Below are positions 19,042 through 29,216 of a stretch of DNA of 54,902 nt, one piece after another. The notes under the pieces were generated by a model, which was not told the DNA's origin, made no database searches, and was given only the letters and a program-made list of their open reading frames with translations. The first letter of the stretch is position 1. Every line of letters starts with the position of its first letter. The position numbers were made by a program, and so were the translations under genes. Origin of the DNA: Ferruginibacter sp. (GTDB taxonomy: Bacteria > Bacteroidota > Bacteroidia > Chitinophagales > Chitinophagaceae); contig JBDSDG010000289.1 of assembly GCA_039920685.1 (NCBI GenBank), forward strand, positions 1 to 54,902, in the 5' to 3' direction.

Positions 19042-21522
19042 ATGTACAACCGGCTATTCACCTGGATTACAATTATATTTATTTTACCTGTACCTGTAAA
19101 AGCGCAGGAACTAACTATTAGGGGTAGTATCCATGATGCTCATACACAAGAGCCTGTTGCTTATGCGTCTGTTTACCTGCAAGGTTCAGGTTTTGGAAGA
19201 ACATCTGACAGTAGTGGCGCTTTTGCTATCAGGATAAACAGAGCTGATATCGATACATTGGTGATAAGTTATATCGGCTATGAAATTTTTAAAGCACCAA
19301 CTTCACAATTAATTGATAGCGGAGAAGTCTATATAAACCTGGTAAGAGGAAGGGCAAACGATGCTGTTGTTGTGAAATCAAGTGTGAACAAAGGTTTATT
19401 CTTATGGAGAAAAATAATGAGCAGGAAAAAACAGAATGATCGTTACCAGTTCTCAAATTTTGGTTACGAAGCTTATAATAAACTTGAGATCGACATAAAG
19501 AACTTTAATATAGAGCGTGTTAAAAATAATATTCTTTTAAAACCTTTCTCTTTTATTATTACACCATTGGCAGACGTATCTGAAACTGGAGGTTTCCTGC
19601 CTGCATATTTAATAGAGACCGTAAGTGATTACTCATACCAGCGGGATCCCAAAAAATATTCCGAGAATATTAAAGCCAGCAATAGCAGGGGGTTTATCAA
19701 TGAGAGTATGAGTAAGATGATGGGAGTGATGAAGCAGAATGTAAATGTTTATTCTAACTATGTAAATATTATGGACAAAGATTTCATCAGTCCATTCAAC
19801 GACAATGCCAACAATTATTACAGGTTCTCAGTTCCTGATACGCAAACAATAAACAATAAAAAGATATTCCATTTCGTCTTTAGGCCAAAGCGAGCAGGGC
19901 AGAATACTTTTGAAGGAGATGCCTGGGTTTCTCAAGGAAATTATCAAATACAAAAAATAACACTTTACCTCGGTAAGGAAGCCAACATAAATTATATAGA
20001 CAAAATAAGTGTGTTCCAGGAATTTTCACCGGTGAATGACAGCATGGTTTTTTTAAGCCGTGATAAATTCTTTGCGGATTTCAGGGTGCTTGGCAAAAGA
20101 TCGCTGACACTTACCGGCCGAAAGACCACTTCTTATAAAAATATTATTATCAACAGTGATTCAATTGTTGCCCGGTTCAAGGATCAATCCCTTGAAGAAA
20201 GAATAATAATGGAAGCTTCGTTCAGCGAAAAAAATGATTCTGCATGGATCGGCCTCAGGCACGATACACTCACCAACCATGAGAAAGCCATATATACCAC
20301 CATTGATAAATTGGTTCATGATCCAAAGTATCAACGACTGCAAAATAATTTTAAATTTTTGGGCTCCGGCTATAAAAATTTTGGGAATATAGAGGTAGGT
20401 AAATGGTATAGCCTTGTAAGTGGAAATCAATGGGAAGGTACACGATTCCGTTTGGATGTGGGCACAAACAAAGGTTTCAATAAAAACCTTCACTTACATA
20501 CCTACCTGGCCTACGGAACAAAGGATCAAAAATATAAGGGGCAGGCAGAGGTGTATTGGATCCTAAAAAGAAAACCTAATTGGGTAAGATTTCATGCATC
20601 CTATTCTGATGATGTTGATAATGGGATAAGCCAATATGGTGAACCCGGGTCTGACAATATTTTTTCCCTTGCGATAAGAAAACCAAACAGTACAAGGAAA
20701 TTCCTAAGAACAGAAGACCTTAGGTTTGAGGTCTATAAAGAATGGGGTAGCGGAATTTCTACTGAACTGTATGTATCACAACAAAAATTTACGCCACTTC
20801 AAAACCTTCCTTTAAAAAATAATTTTCCTGTAAGCAATGGACAATCATTAAACAATTTTGAGCTTGCAATAAAAGCCCGTTTTGCATATTTGGAAGAATT
20901 CATTGTAGGAGATTTTTTTCGATATTCGATCGGAACAAAATACCCGGCTGTTGAAGTTTTGTTCGCCATAGGCATTGCAGGTGTTATGAATAGTGCATAT
21001 GATTACAGCAAGTATTCCATATCCATAAAAGATCAAATGAAGATCTCACCTTTTGGAACATTAAGCTATAAATTATATGCTGGTAAGGTCAATGGAAACC
21101 TGCCTTTTACTTTTCTTGAGAATCATACAGGAAACGATCTTTATTATTATAATAAAAATGCATTTAATCTTATGTACCGCTTTGAGTATATAAGCGATCG
21201 GTATGCCGGGATAAACATTGAGCATAATATAGGCTCCGGATTGTTCCGGATTACAAGCATTTCGCGAAAATTAAAATGGAGACAATTCTGGAATGTGAAA
21301 ACGTTGTGGGGCTCGTTAAGCGTTGAAAATATGGAATTGAATAATACAGCATCATTTTTTAAAACACTCCATGGCAAGCCTTATATGGAAGTGGGAACCG
21401 GTATCGATAATATTTTAAAAGTTCTTCGGATCGACTTTGTATGGCGCATATTGCCAACGCCATTACCAGAGAAGAGCGTTTCCAGGTTTGGAATCTTTGG
21501 CAGCCTTCAATTCAAATTTTAA
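19042..21522 (+). CDS. Outer membrane protein with carboxypeptidase-regulatory-like N-domain and DUF5686-type barrel
   Basis: Signal peptide (VKA-Q), IRGSIHDAHTQEPVAYASV...ISYIGY domain, YEAYNKLEID, NQWEGTRFRL, PYMEVGTGIDNI, terminal Phe; ATG 19042 preferred over TTG 19018. Confidence 0.85.
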   Translation: MYNRLFTWITIIFILPVPVKAQELTIRGSIHDAHTQEPVAYASVYLQGSGFGRTSDSSGAFAIRINRADIDTLVISYIGYEIFKAPTSQLIDSGEVYINLVRGRANDAVVVKSSVNKGLFLWRKIMSRKKQNDRYQFSNFGYEAYNKLEIDIKNFNIERVKNNILLKPFSFIITPLADVSETGGFLPAYLIETVSDYSYQRDPKKYSENIKASNSRGFINESMSKMMGVMKQNVNVYSNYVNIMDKDFISPFNDNANNYYRFSVPDTQTINNKKIFHFVFRPKRAGQNTFEGDAWVSQGNYQIQKITLYLGKEANINYIDKISVFQEFSPVNDSMVFLSRDKFFADFRVLGKRSLTLTGRKTTSYKNIIINSDSIVARFKDQSLEERIIMEASFSEKNDSAWIGLRHDTLTNHEKAIYTTIDKLVHDPKYQRLQNNFKFLGSGYKNFGNIEVGKWYSLVSGNQWEGTRFRLDVGTNKGFNKNLHLHTYLAYGTKDQKYKGQAEVYWILKRKPNWVRFHASYSDDVDNGISQYGEPGSDNIFSLAIRKPNSTRKFLRTEDLRFEVYKEWGSGISTELYVSQQKFTPLQNLPLKNNFPVSNGQSLNNFELAIKARFAYLEEFIVGDFFRYSIGTKYPAVEVLFAIGIAGVMNSAYDYSKYSISIKDQMKISPFGTLSYKLYAGKVNGNLPFTFLENHTGNDLYYYNKNAFNLMYRFEYISDRYAGINIEHNIGSGLFRITSISRKLKWRQFWNVKTLWGSLSVENMELNNTASFFKTLHGKPYMEVGTGIDNILKVLRIDFVWRILPTPLPEKSVSRFGIFGSLQFKF

Positions 21523-21531
21523 TTTTTTGAG

Positions 21532-22293
21532 CTAACAAGCAAATATTTTTGTTGCATTTGCTGTTGTGATGGCTTCAACTTCCTCAATAGTAATCTTTTT
21601 AACTTCGGCTACTTTTTCGCATATAAATCTTAAGTAGCTGCTTTCATTTCGCTTGCCACGAAAAGGAACAGGTGTTAGAAATGGAGCATCAGTTTCAAGT
21701 ACGATATGCTCCAGGTCAATTTCTTTGATAACTTCTGAAAGCCCGCTTTTTTTATAGGTGACCACACCACCAATTCCTAAATAAAAACCAAGCTCAATGA
21801 TCTGCTTTGCTTCATCCATGCTACCACCAAAACAATGAAAGACACCTTTCACCCTTCCATTAAATGCTTTAACCACACTAATGGTTTCCGCCATTGCTTC
21901 GCGTGTATGGATCACAATGGGAAGTTCGTGCAGGATAGCCAATTCTATTTGTTCATTAAATACCTGGTATTGTTCGGCCGCAAATGTTTTATCCCAATAA
22001 AAATCCAATCCGATCTCCCCGATCGCTGCAAACTTTCGTTTTTCAAGCCAGTTCTTTATGAGTACCATCTCATGTGAGTGATCATTTTTAACGGAGCATG
22101 GATGAAGACCTATCATGGGAATGCAAACACCCGGGTATTGTTGTTCAAGAAGTAGCATCGCATTGGTAGTAGAACTGTCTATAGCAGGTAAATAGAACTT
22201 GTTAATACCCGCAGCTCCTGCCCGTATAATAACATCTTCCAGGTCAGGCTTAAATTCATCCAGGTATAAATGACAATGGCTATCGATCAACAT
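21532..22293 (-). CDS. tatD: TatD family deoxyribonuclease
   Basis: IDSHCH, GLHP, IGEIGLD, IHTR, HCF, LETDAP; start trimmed to ATG 22293 (MLIDSH). Confidence 0.93.
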   Translation of the reverse strand: MLIDSHCHLYLDEFKPDLEDVIIRAGAAGINKFYLPAIDSSTTNAMLLLEQQYPGVCIPMIGLHPCSVKNDHSHEMVLIKNWLEKRKFAAIGEIGLDFYWDKTFAAEQYQVFNEQIELAILHELPIVIHTREAMAETISVVKAFNGRVKGVFHCFGGSMDEAKQIIELGFYLGIGGVVTYKKSGLSEVIKEIDLEHIVLETDAPFLTPVPFRGKRNESSYLRFICEKVAEVKKITIEEVEAITTANATKIFAC

Positions 22294-22444
22294 AAAATTA
22301 TTTAAAACATGAAAAACACTTGTTAGGATTTTATTGCTATTAATGCAGATACTATTCACCTATAGAATAAAGAAACCAAATAAAAAAGTTGGCTTTATTA
22401 AAACAACAGCGTAAATTGGAACCAGTTTTCATAGGGTACGGATT

Positions 22445-22474
22445 AAAAACGGGCCAGGGTTTCTACCCAGGCCC
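22445..22474 (-). terminator. Hairpin terminator after the deacetylase (possibly bidirectional)
   Basis: GGGCCAGGGT-TTCT-ACCCAGGCCC preceded by AAAAAC and followed by ATTTCATTTT. Confidence 0.65.
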
Positions 22475-22477
22475 ATT

Positions 22478-23116
22478 TCATTTTAAGGATGAAACGCATA
22501 TACCTTCAAACTCATAACCCTCTTTTGAATAATAATGTAATACTTCCGGCAAGGTGTAACGTAACCTTTCATTTGCTTTTTCACTATCATGAAAAACAAT
22601 TATAGCACCCGGCATGGAATATTTTAATACGTTTTGCAAACAGCGCTTCCCTGAAATCGTTTCATCAAAATCTGCACTTAATACGGTCCACATAATAGTT
22701 GTCATGTTGAATGGCGGGTTTTCCAATTGTTGCAGTTGGGATCTTTTTATTCTTCCGTAAGGAGGCCGGAACAAGTTACTATCGATATGATCGCAGGCGA
22801 GCTTTACATCGTTTTGATATTTAATATTTGATGTCTTCCATCCATTCAAATGACTGAAGGAATGATTACCTACAACGTGCCCTTCATTTATTATGTTCTT
22901 ATAAACATCTGGATATGCCATTACATTTTTTCCAATGCAAAAGAAGGTTGCTTTTGCATTAAATGTTTTTAATTGATCTAAGACAAAGGGTGTAATAGTT
23001 GGGTGTGGACCGTCATCAAACGTTAAGTATATTTTTTTTTCATTACCCGGGATCGACCATAAACATTCCTTATAAAGTCTTCGAAGCCAGCCGGGTGTTT
23101 TTACAAAATAAAACAT
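22478..23116 (-). CDS. Polysaccharide deacetylase (CE4/NodB domain)
   Basis: LTFDDGP, GNHSFSH, FRPPYG, IIVFHD motifs. Confidence 0.93.
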   Translation of the reverse strand: MFYFVKTPGWLRRLYKECLWSIPGNEKKIYLTFDDGPHPTITPFVLDQLKTFNAKATFFCIGKNVMAYPDVYKNIINEGHVVGNHSFSHLNGWKTSNIKYQNDVKLACDHIDSNLFRPPYGRIKRSQLQQLENPPFNMTTIMWTVLSADFDETISGKRCLQNVLKYSMPGAIIVFHDSEKANERLRYTLPEVLHYYSKEGYEFEGICVSSLK

Positions 23117-23173
23117 ATGGCAATTTAATTAATAGATATAAGCCTGCAATGGTAATGATAAGTAAGAGTCCAT

Positions 23174-23198
23174 AAAAAAACCTTCTCAAATGAGAAGG
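23174..23198 (-). terminator. Intrinsic terminator
   Basis: CCTTCTCA-AA-TGAGAAGG preceded by A7 on the + strand, just after the stop at 23223. Confidence 0.8.
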
Positions 23199-23222
23199 CT
23201 TATTATTCAATCAATCAAATTA

Positions 23223-24146
23223 TTAATATGGCCAGATGATCGTTCTTACAATACCATTTGAGCCGGTCCAGACTAATTTAAAGTAATAAGTTCCTCCAAG
23301 TCCGGGACATGATGCTGGATTTCCAGCTGCATCTAAGCCAAATGTAACGACAATTGTTGCTGCAAGATGTTGATGAGAGACTTCACCACTCACCAACCTG
23401 AAAGCACAATCCTGTCGTATAACCATAGGTGCAGTGATAACCGTTATAAATGCATTACCAAAACGATTGGTTCCCCATTCTGACACACCTGTTGTAGTTC
23501 CGTCTGTATGCATTCCAACTGTTGAAATAACGATACCTCCAGCATAAGTAAAGGTTCTGCGCTTAGCTACCTGCCAGGTACGCTGTGTACCATTATCAAA
23601 CGTTACCACCATACCTGAACTGGTGATCTCGTGAACAATTGTTCCCAGGCTTGATAATTGACCAAGGCGGCCACCGTTAACATTCTTAATCTGATGAACT
23701 CCATTGATCGTAATAGACTTATTATCTCTTATTCTTATCACGTGCAGGTTTTGAACAGTTACTGTCAATACAGCATTAGCATCTATCCAATGAACTCCCA
23801 ATGGCATTGTCAGCACCACAACTCCGGTACGTGTCCGGGTGCCAATACAATTCAATCCATTATAAGTAATGGTTATCCTGCGGTCAGTTGCAGTTGAATC
23901 AAGAACAGCAACAGCATTACAAAGAATGCCTACTGTATTTTCAATTCTACCTTCAAAAGCTGAAAAATTTTCAATCGCCGTGTTGGCATCGTTAGCAATG
24001 TCATCAGAACTTTCTGCAACTCTTGCCTGGTCATCGGAATGGGTGGAAAGTTCAGCATTATCCGCTGCATCCTGCTTTTTACAACTTGTAAATGTGACTG
24101 AAATGGCCATTACTGCGATCATTACCAGCCGAAAAGTCTTTTTCAT
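23223..24146 (-). CDS. Lipoprotein of unknown function, beta-rich
   Basis: MKKTF start at 24146, lipobox FTSC followed by KKQD; four further Cys. Confidence 0.82.
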   Translation of the reverse strand: MKKTFRLVMIAVMAISVTFTSCKKQDAADNAELSTHSDDQARVAESSDDIANDANTAIENFSAFEGRIENTVGILCNAVAVLDSTATDRRITITYNGLNCIGTRTRTGVVVLTMPLGVHWIDANAVLTVTVQNLHVIRIRDNKSITINGVHQIKNVNGGRLGQLSSLGTIVHEITSSGMVVTFDNGTQRTWQVAKRRTFTYAGGIVISTVGMHTDGTTTGVSEWGTNRFGNAFITVITAPMVIRQDCAFRLVSGEVSHQHLAATIVVTFGLDAAGNPASCPGLGGTYYFKLVWTGSNGIVRTIIWPY

Positions 24147-24310
24147 AATTATTAATTTGTGTTTAAGATGGAGCATAGATGCAAGAAAGCGTTAAAAGTT
24201 TAACCTCTGCTATATTATTTTCAAAATTCATGTTAAACCGTGGACCAAAACGATCTGTACATGCATTTATTATTGGTTGGATCACTTCCATATACTTATT
24301 ACCGTATTCT

Positions 24311-24318
24311 TAACTTTG
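24311..24318 (+). promoter_or_regulatory. -7 promoter element of gltX
   Basis: TAACTTTG ends 4 nt before the ATG at 24323. Confidence 0.65.
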
Positions 24319-24322
24319 TACC

Positions 24323-25846
24323 ATGGAAAATAGAGTAAGAGTACGTTTTGCACCAAGTCCGACCGGTGGATTGCACCTTGGGGGAATGCGCACTGTTTTG
24401 TATAATTACTTATTTGCGAAAAAACACGGGGGCGATTTTATAGTACGGATTGAAGATACAGACCAGGGCAGGTTTGTTGAGGGGGCCGAACAATATATTT
24501 TCGATTGCCTTGAATGGTGTGGCCTTCTTCCAGACGAAAGCCCAATTCACGGAGGTGATATGGGGCCATACCGGCAAAGTGAAAGGAAGCCTATATATCT
24601 CCAATATGCAGAGCAATTGATAACAAATGGATATGCCTATTATGCGTTTGACAGTAAGGAGGAACTTGATCAAATGCGAATTGATCATAAAACAGAAGAA
24701 AATCCATCCCCACAGTATGATGGAAGGTTGAGAATGAATATGAGGAATTCCCTTTCATTGCCTGGAGAGGAAGTAAAAAAATTACTTGAAAGCGGCTCCC
24801 CCTATGTTGTCCGGATCAAAATGCCTGCAGGTGAAACGATCACCTTTAAAGACATGATCCACCACGAGGTTAGCTTTGAATCTTCCCTGGTTGACGATAA
24901 AGTATTATTGAAAGCGGATGGAATGCCAACATATCATCTTGCTGTGGTTGTGGATGATTATCTAATGAAAATTACACATGCATTCCGTGGGGAAGAATGG
25001 TTAAGCAGCGCGCCGGTTCATGTATTGTTGTGGAAATATTTATTTGGCCTGGATAACATGCCGCAATGGGCGCACCTCCCTTTGATCCTAGGTCCAAATG
25101 GTAAATTAAGCAAACGTGATGGCGCAAAATATGGCTTTCCGGTATTTGCAAAGAACTGGACCGATCCAAAAACCAATGAACTCACCGAAGGTTTTATGGA
25201 AAAAGGATTTCTTCCCGAAGCATTTATAAACTTGTTAGCTGTATTAGGTTGGAATGACGGAACGGAACAGGAAGTATTTTCTAAAAATGAGCTCGTAGAA
25301 AAGTTTACCGTGGAAAGGGTTCATAAAGCCGGTGCAAAATTCGATTTTGAAAAGGCAAAGTGGTTCAATCATGAATGGATAAAAAAATTATCGGCAAATG
25401 ACCTGCGACAAAATGTAAAAAAATCATTACTGGCAGAAGGCTTTGTTGCTAATGAAGATATTTTTTTAGACAAAGTGATCGAACTGGTAAAAGATCGCTG
25501 CGTTTTACTCCCTGACTTTATTCAGCAGGCTGGATACTTTTTTAAAAATCCGCAATCACTCGATACACTTGCGGTGATGCCAAAATGGGATGTGCTTAAG
25601 AGGTCATATTTTGAATCACTCATACTAAAGCTACCTGCAGAAAATATTTTCAATGTGAATGAGATCGAGCATACTTTTAGATCATTGGCAAATGAAATGA
25701 ATATTAAGCTGGGTGAATTGCAAATGATATTCAGGGTAATGCTGGTAGGCAATAAGATAGGACCTGCTGTTTTTGCTATTGCAGAAACCATTGGAAGAGA
25801 AGATACACTAAACCGAATACGGCATGGTATAATTGTATTTGGATAG
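24323..25846 (+). CDS. gltX: Glutamate--tRNA ligase
   Basis: RFAPSPTG-HLGG, RIEDTD, PYRQSER, PTYHLAVVVDD, KLSKR. Confidence 0.97.
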   Translation: MENRVRVRFAPSPTGGLHLGGMRTVLYNYLFAKKHGGDFIVRIEDTDQGRFVEGAEQYIFDCLEWCGLLPDESPIHGGDMGPYRQSERKPIYLQYAEQLITNGYAYYAFDSKEELDQMRIDHKTEENPSPQYDGRLRMNMRNSLSLPGEEVKKLLESGSPYVVRIKMPAGETITFKDMIHHEVSFESSLVDDKVLLKADGMPTYHLAVVVDDYLMKITHAFRGEEWLSSAPVHVLLWKYLFGLDNMPQWAHLPLILGPNGKLSKRDGAKYGFPVFAKNWTDPKTNELTEGFMEKGFLPEAFINLLAVLGWNDGTEQEVFSKNELVEKFTVERVHKAGAKFDFEKAKWFNHEWIKKLSANDLRQNVKKSLLAEGFVANEDIFLDKVIELVKDRCVLLPDFIQQAGYFFKNPQSLDTLAVMPKWDVLKRSYFESLILKLPAENIFNVNEIEHTFRSLANEMNIKLGELQMIFRVMLVGNKIGPAVFAIAETIGREDTLNRIRHGIIVFG

Positions 25847-25930
25847 TCGAGGCTAAAAAAAGAACTGTCCGCTATAATGTCAAAAGAGCATTCATTGTAT
25901 TAATGTATTTTCGCACATCAAGATCAAATT

Positions 25931-26338
25931 ATGTCAAGACCTGTTAGAGTTCTGGTTGCCAAGGTTGGTTTGGATGGCCACGATCGTGGTGCCAAGGTAA
26001 TTGCGACCGCACTCCGGGATGCAGGTATGGAAGTGATCTATACGGGCCTTCGTCAAACCCCTGAAATGGTAGTAAATGCCGCGTTGCAGGAAGATGTGGA
26101 TGCAATCGGAATAAGCATCCTCAGTGGCGCTCACAACACAGTTTTTCCGAAGATCATAGCATTAATGAAAGAAAAAAAGATGGACGATGTATTGCTCACG
26201 GGCGGCGGTATTATTCCTGAAGATGATATGACCGCATTGAATAACCTGGGTGTTGGAAAACTCTTTGCACCAGGAGCTACCACAACCTCCATCGCTGAGT
26301 ATATCAAAGATTGGGTGAAGAATCATCGCTCATTTTAA
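25931..26338 (+). CDS. Methylmalonyl-CoA mutase family cobalamin-binding subunit
   Basis: [10 protein letters not shown] (DxHxxG), SILSGAH, GGGIIP. Confidence 0.93.
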   Translation: MSRPVRVLVAKVGLDGHDRGAKVIATALRDAGMEVIYTGLRQTPEMVVNAALQEDVDAIGISILSGAHNTVFPKIIALMKEKKMDDVLLTGGGIIPEDDMTALNNLGVGKLFAPGATTTSIAEYIKDWVKNHRSF

Positions 26339-26382
26339 TTCAAGGCTGAAGATGATTGAATAATACCAAAATCTAAACAACA

Positions 26383-26895
26383 ATGAAGCAATTTGCAATG
26401 ACCAGGCTCCTTTGTTACCTGCTTTTTATCCTGGTTGCACTAAACAGCTGTAAATCGAAAATGCTGCATGCCGGCGTAACAAAAGTCCTCAGCACCGGTT
26501 TAAAAACAACATACAAAAATCTACATCCGGAGAATGTCATATTGGTTATGAATGGAACTACTATAAATGATGCTGATATTCCTTTGGGTGAAAGCTTTAT
26601 ACTTGTGAATGACAAAACCACAGGGCTTGAAGCAAAGGATGGTAAACATTTGGTTGGATGTTCCTTAATAATAAAGGATATGAATGACCAGGTATTAATG
26701 AATGAGCCTGACCTGTTTGAGCAAACAGGAACATTAGAACAAAATGAAACAACAGTTTTACGATGCACAGTAAATACCGGTAAGCCGATGGAAGCAGGAA
26801 AAAAATACCATGTGGTTTCTACCTTCTGGGATAAATATGGCAACGGAACCATCGAGAACGATATAACAGTAAAAATGACAGATCCCATCCATTGA
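26383..26895 (+). CDS. Lipoprotein of unknown function
   Basis: Hydrophobic signal with lipobox LNSC; start could be the second Met. Confidence 0.75.
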   Translation: MKQFAMTRLLCYLLFILVALNSCKSKMLHAGVTKVLSTGLKTTYKNLHPENVILVMNGTTINDADIPLGESFILVNDKTTGLEAKDGKHLVGCSLIIKDMNDQVLMNEPDLFEQTGTLEQNETTVLRCTVNTGKPMEAGKKYHVVSTFWDKYGNGTIENDITVKMTDPIH

Positions 26896-26936
26896 TTAAT
26901 ATTCAACCACCCTTCATATTTGTTTAAAACCCGTGT

Positions 26937-27722
26937 ATGTACAAGAATTATTCAAGTCTTCTTCTTCAACTGGAAAATGGAATTCTAACCATAACTATTA
27001 ACAGGCCCGATAAACTAAATGCATTAAATGCAACTGTGTTCTCAGAACTTGATCTGGCAGTTAACGAGATCAATTCAAATCCCGATATACGGTCAGCACT
27101 CATAACCGGTTCCGGGCCCAAGGCATTTGTTGCAGGTGCAGATATCAGTGAATTTACGGGGTTAAGTAAGGATGAGGCAAAACAACTTGCGAAAAGGGGA
27201 CAGGACATATTTTTTAAGATCGAGCATTGTGGTAAGCCCGTAGTTGCCGCAGTAAATGGTTTTGCATTGGGTGGTGGTTGTGAATTAGCCATGGCATGCC
27301 ATTTCAGGATCGCAGCCGATAATGCAAAATTCGGGCAACCTGAAGTTAACCTTGGCCTGATACCGGGATACGGCGGCACGCAACGGTTAACACAATTGAT
27401 CGGAAAGGGAAGATCACTTGAGTTGCTGATGAGTGGAATCATGATCGATGCAAATACAGCTTTGCAATATGGATTGGTGAACTATGTAGTTCCTTCTGCA
27501 GAATTGATGGAAAAAGCGATAGGCATCCTTACATTAATAAATTCTAAAGCACCACTTGCAATAGCAGGATGCATTAAAGCGGCGAATGCAGTTTACGATG
27601 AAACATTGAATGGCTTTGAAACAGAAATTGATACATTCGGTGATTGCTTTGCAACAGAAGACATGAAAGAAGGCACCACTGCATTTTTGGAAAAAAGAAA
27701 ACCTTTGTTCAATGGAAAGTGA
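26937..27722 (+). CDS. Enoyl-CoA hydratase (crotonase family)
   Basis: [37 protein letters not shown] with both catalytic Glu residues. Confidence 0.93.
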   Translation: MYKNYSSLLLQLENGILTITINRPDKLNALNATVFSELDLAVNEINSNPDIRSALITGSGPKAFVAGADISEFTGLSKDEAKQLAKRGQDIFFKIEHCGKPVVAAVNGFALGGGCELAMACHFRIAADNAKFGQPEVNLGLIPGYGGTQRLTQLIGKGRSLELLMSGIMIDANTALQYGLVNYVVPSAELMEKAIGILTLINSKAPLAIAGCIKAANAVYDETLNGFETEIDTFGDCFATEDMKEGTTAFLEKRKPLFNGK

Positions 27723-27754
27723 TAAAATATTACCTGATAAATAAAAAACAATAC

Positions 27755-29152
27755 ATGCAATATAGAATTGAAAAGGATACAATGGGAGAAGTAAAAGTTC
27801 CGGCAGATGCATTATATGGTGCGCAAACCCAACGCAGCATAGATAATTTTAAGATCGCACAGGATATAAATAAGATGCCAAAAGAGATCATCGGGGCTTT
27901 TGCTTACTTAAAGCAGGCTGCTGCTATCACAAATTATGAAGCTGGCCTGCTTACAAAGAAAAAGTTGGACCTGGTAGTAAAAGTTTGTAAAGAGATCCTC
28001 GATGGAAAATTAGATCAATATTTTCCATTGGTTGTATGGCAGACAGGTAGCGGCACACAAAGCAACATGAATGTAAATGAAGTGATCGCTTACCGCGGGC
28101 ATGTCATCAATGGAGGGAAATTAGAAGACAAAGAAAAATATTTGCATCCCAATGACGATATAAATAAATCTCAAAGCAGCAACGATACTTTTCCTACAGC
28201 AATGCACATTGCCGCATATAAGATGCTGGTTGAGACGACCATTCCGGGAATACAGCTTCTCAGGGATACGCTGGATAAAAAGGCAAGGGCATTTAAAAAA
28301 ATAGTTAAGATAGGCCGCACCCATTTTATGGATGCCACACCCCTTACGCTTGGACAGGAATTTAGCGGCTATGTTTCACAGTTAGATCATGGATTAAAAG
28401 CGATCAGGAATTCACTTTCGCACTTAAGTGAGCTTGCCTTGGGTGGAACGGCAGTTGGAACAGGGATCAATACACCACCGAACTATGATGTGAATGTTGC
28501 AAAACATATTGCACGGTTAACGAAGCTTCCATTCATAACTGCTTACAATAAATTTGAGGCACTTGCAGCACATGACGCGATCGTGGAATCACATGCAGCA
28601 TTAAAAACTGTTGCAGTTAGCTTAATGAAAATTGCTAATGATATTCGTATACTTTCATCCGGCCCAAGAAGTGGCATTGGTGAAATATTCATTCCCGACA
28701 ATGAACCGGGATCATCCATTATGCCAGGAAAGGTAAATCCAACTCAATGTGAAGCTTTAACGATGATAGCGGCACAGGTAATGGGTAATGATGTTACGAT
28801 CGGTATCGGGGGCAGCAATGGGCATTTCGAATTGAATGTTTTCAAACCCGTAATGATCTTTAATTTTTTACACAGTGCACGACTGATCGGTGACGGCTGT
28901 GTTTCGTTCAATGATAAATGTGCAGTTGGAATAGAGCCGATCAAGGAAAATATAAAAAAGCATCTGGATAACTCACTCATGCTTGTCACCGCGCTTAATA
29001 CACGGATCGGTTACTATAAAGCAGCAGAGATCGCACAAAAAGCGCATAAGGAAGGAACTACATTGAAAGAAATGGCTGTTAAGCTTGGTTATGTCACACC
29101 AAAAGAATTTGATTCATGGGTGATCCCTGCAAATATGGTTGGGAAGATCTAA
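27755..29152 (+). CDS. fumC: Class II fumarate hydratase
   Basis: [13 protein letters not shown] start, [27 protein letters not shown] signature; start trimmed to ATG 27755. Confidence 0.97.
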   Translation: MQYRIEKDTMGEVKVPADALYGAQTQRSIDNFKIAQDINKMPKEIIGAFAYLKQAAAITNYEAGLLTKKKLDLVVKVCKEILDGKLDQYFPLVVWQTGSGTQSNMNVNEVIAYRGHVINGGKLEDKEKYLHPNDDINKSQSSNDTFPTAMHIAAYKMLVETTIPGIQLLRDTLDKKARAFKKIVKIGRTHFMDATPLTLGQEFSGYVSQLDHGLKAIRNSLSHLSELALGGTAVGTGINTPPNYDVNVAKHIARLTKLPFITAYNKFEALAAHDAIVESHAALKTVAVSLMKIANDIRILSSGPRSGIGEIFIPDNEPGSSIMPGKVNPTQCEALTMIAAQVMGNDVTIGIGGSNGHFELNVFKPVMIFNFLHSARLIGDGCVSFNDKCAVGIEPIKENIKKHLDNSLMLVTALNTRIGYYKAAEIAQKAHKEGTTLKEMAVKLGYVTPKEFDSWVIPANMVGKI

Positions 29153-29168
29153 GTAAATTTATATAAAT

Positions 29169-29203
29169 AATTAAAATCCCGGCCTCATACAGGGATTTTA
29201 ATT
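29169..29203. terminator. Bidirectional terminator between fumC and the convergent lipoprotein gene
   Basis: AATTAAAATCCC ... GGGATTTTAATT inverted repeat. Confidence 0.75.
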
Positions 29204-29216
29204 CTATTTAAACCAC

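Noticed and set aside
22478-23116. Deacetylase as a member of the pigment cluster
   Set aside because: Separated by unrelated genes, next to tatD, with its own promoter-like site and terminator.
26415-27442. Long antisense ORFs (26415..26906, 26966..27442; also 43501..43965, 51209..51703 and other short track ORFs)
   Set aside because: They shadow well-supported genes on the other strand or frame and show no motifs.
27644-27754. N-terminal extensions in the ORF track (fumC 27644, tatD 22359, terC 35231, lipoprotein 24176, OMP 19018, creD 52575)
   Set aside because: They overlap neighbours or promoter/operator sites and precede the recognisable family N-termini; downstream ATGs were used.
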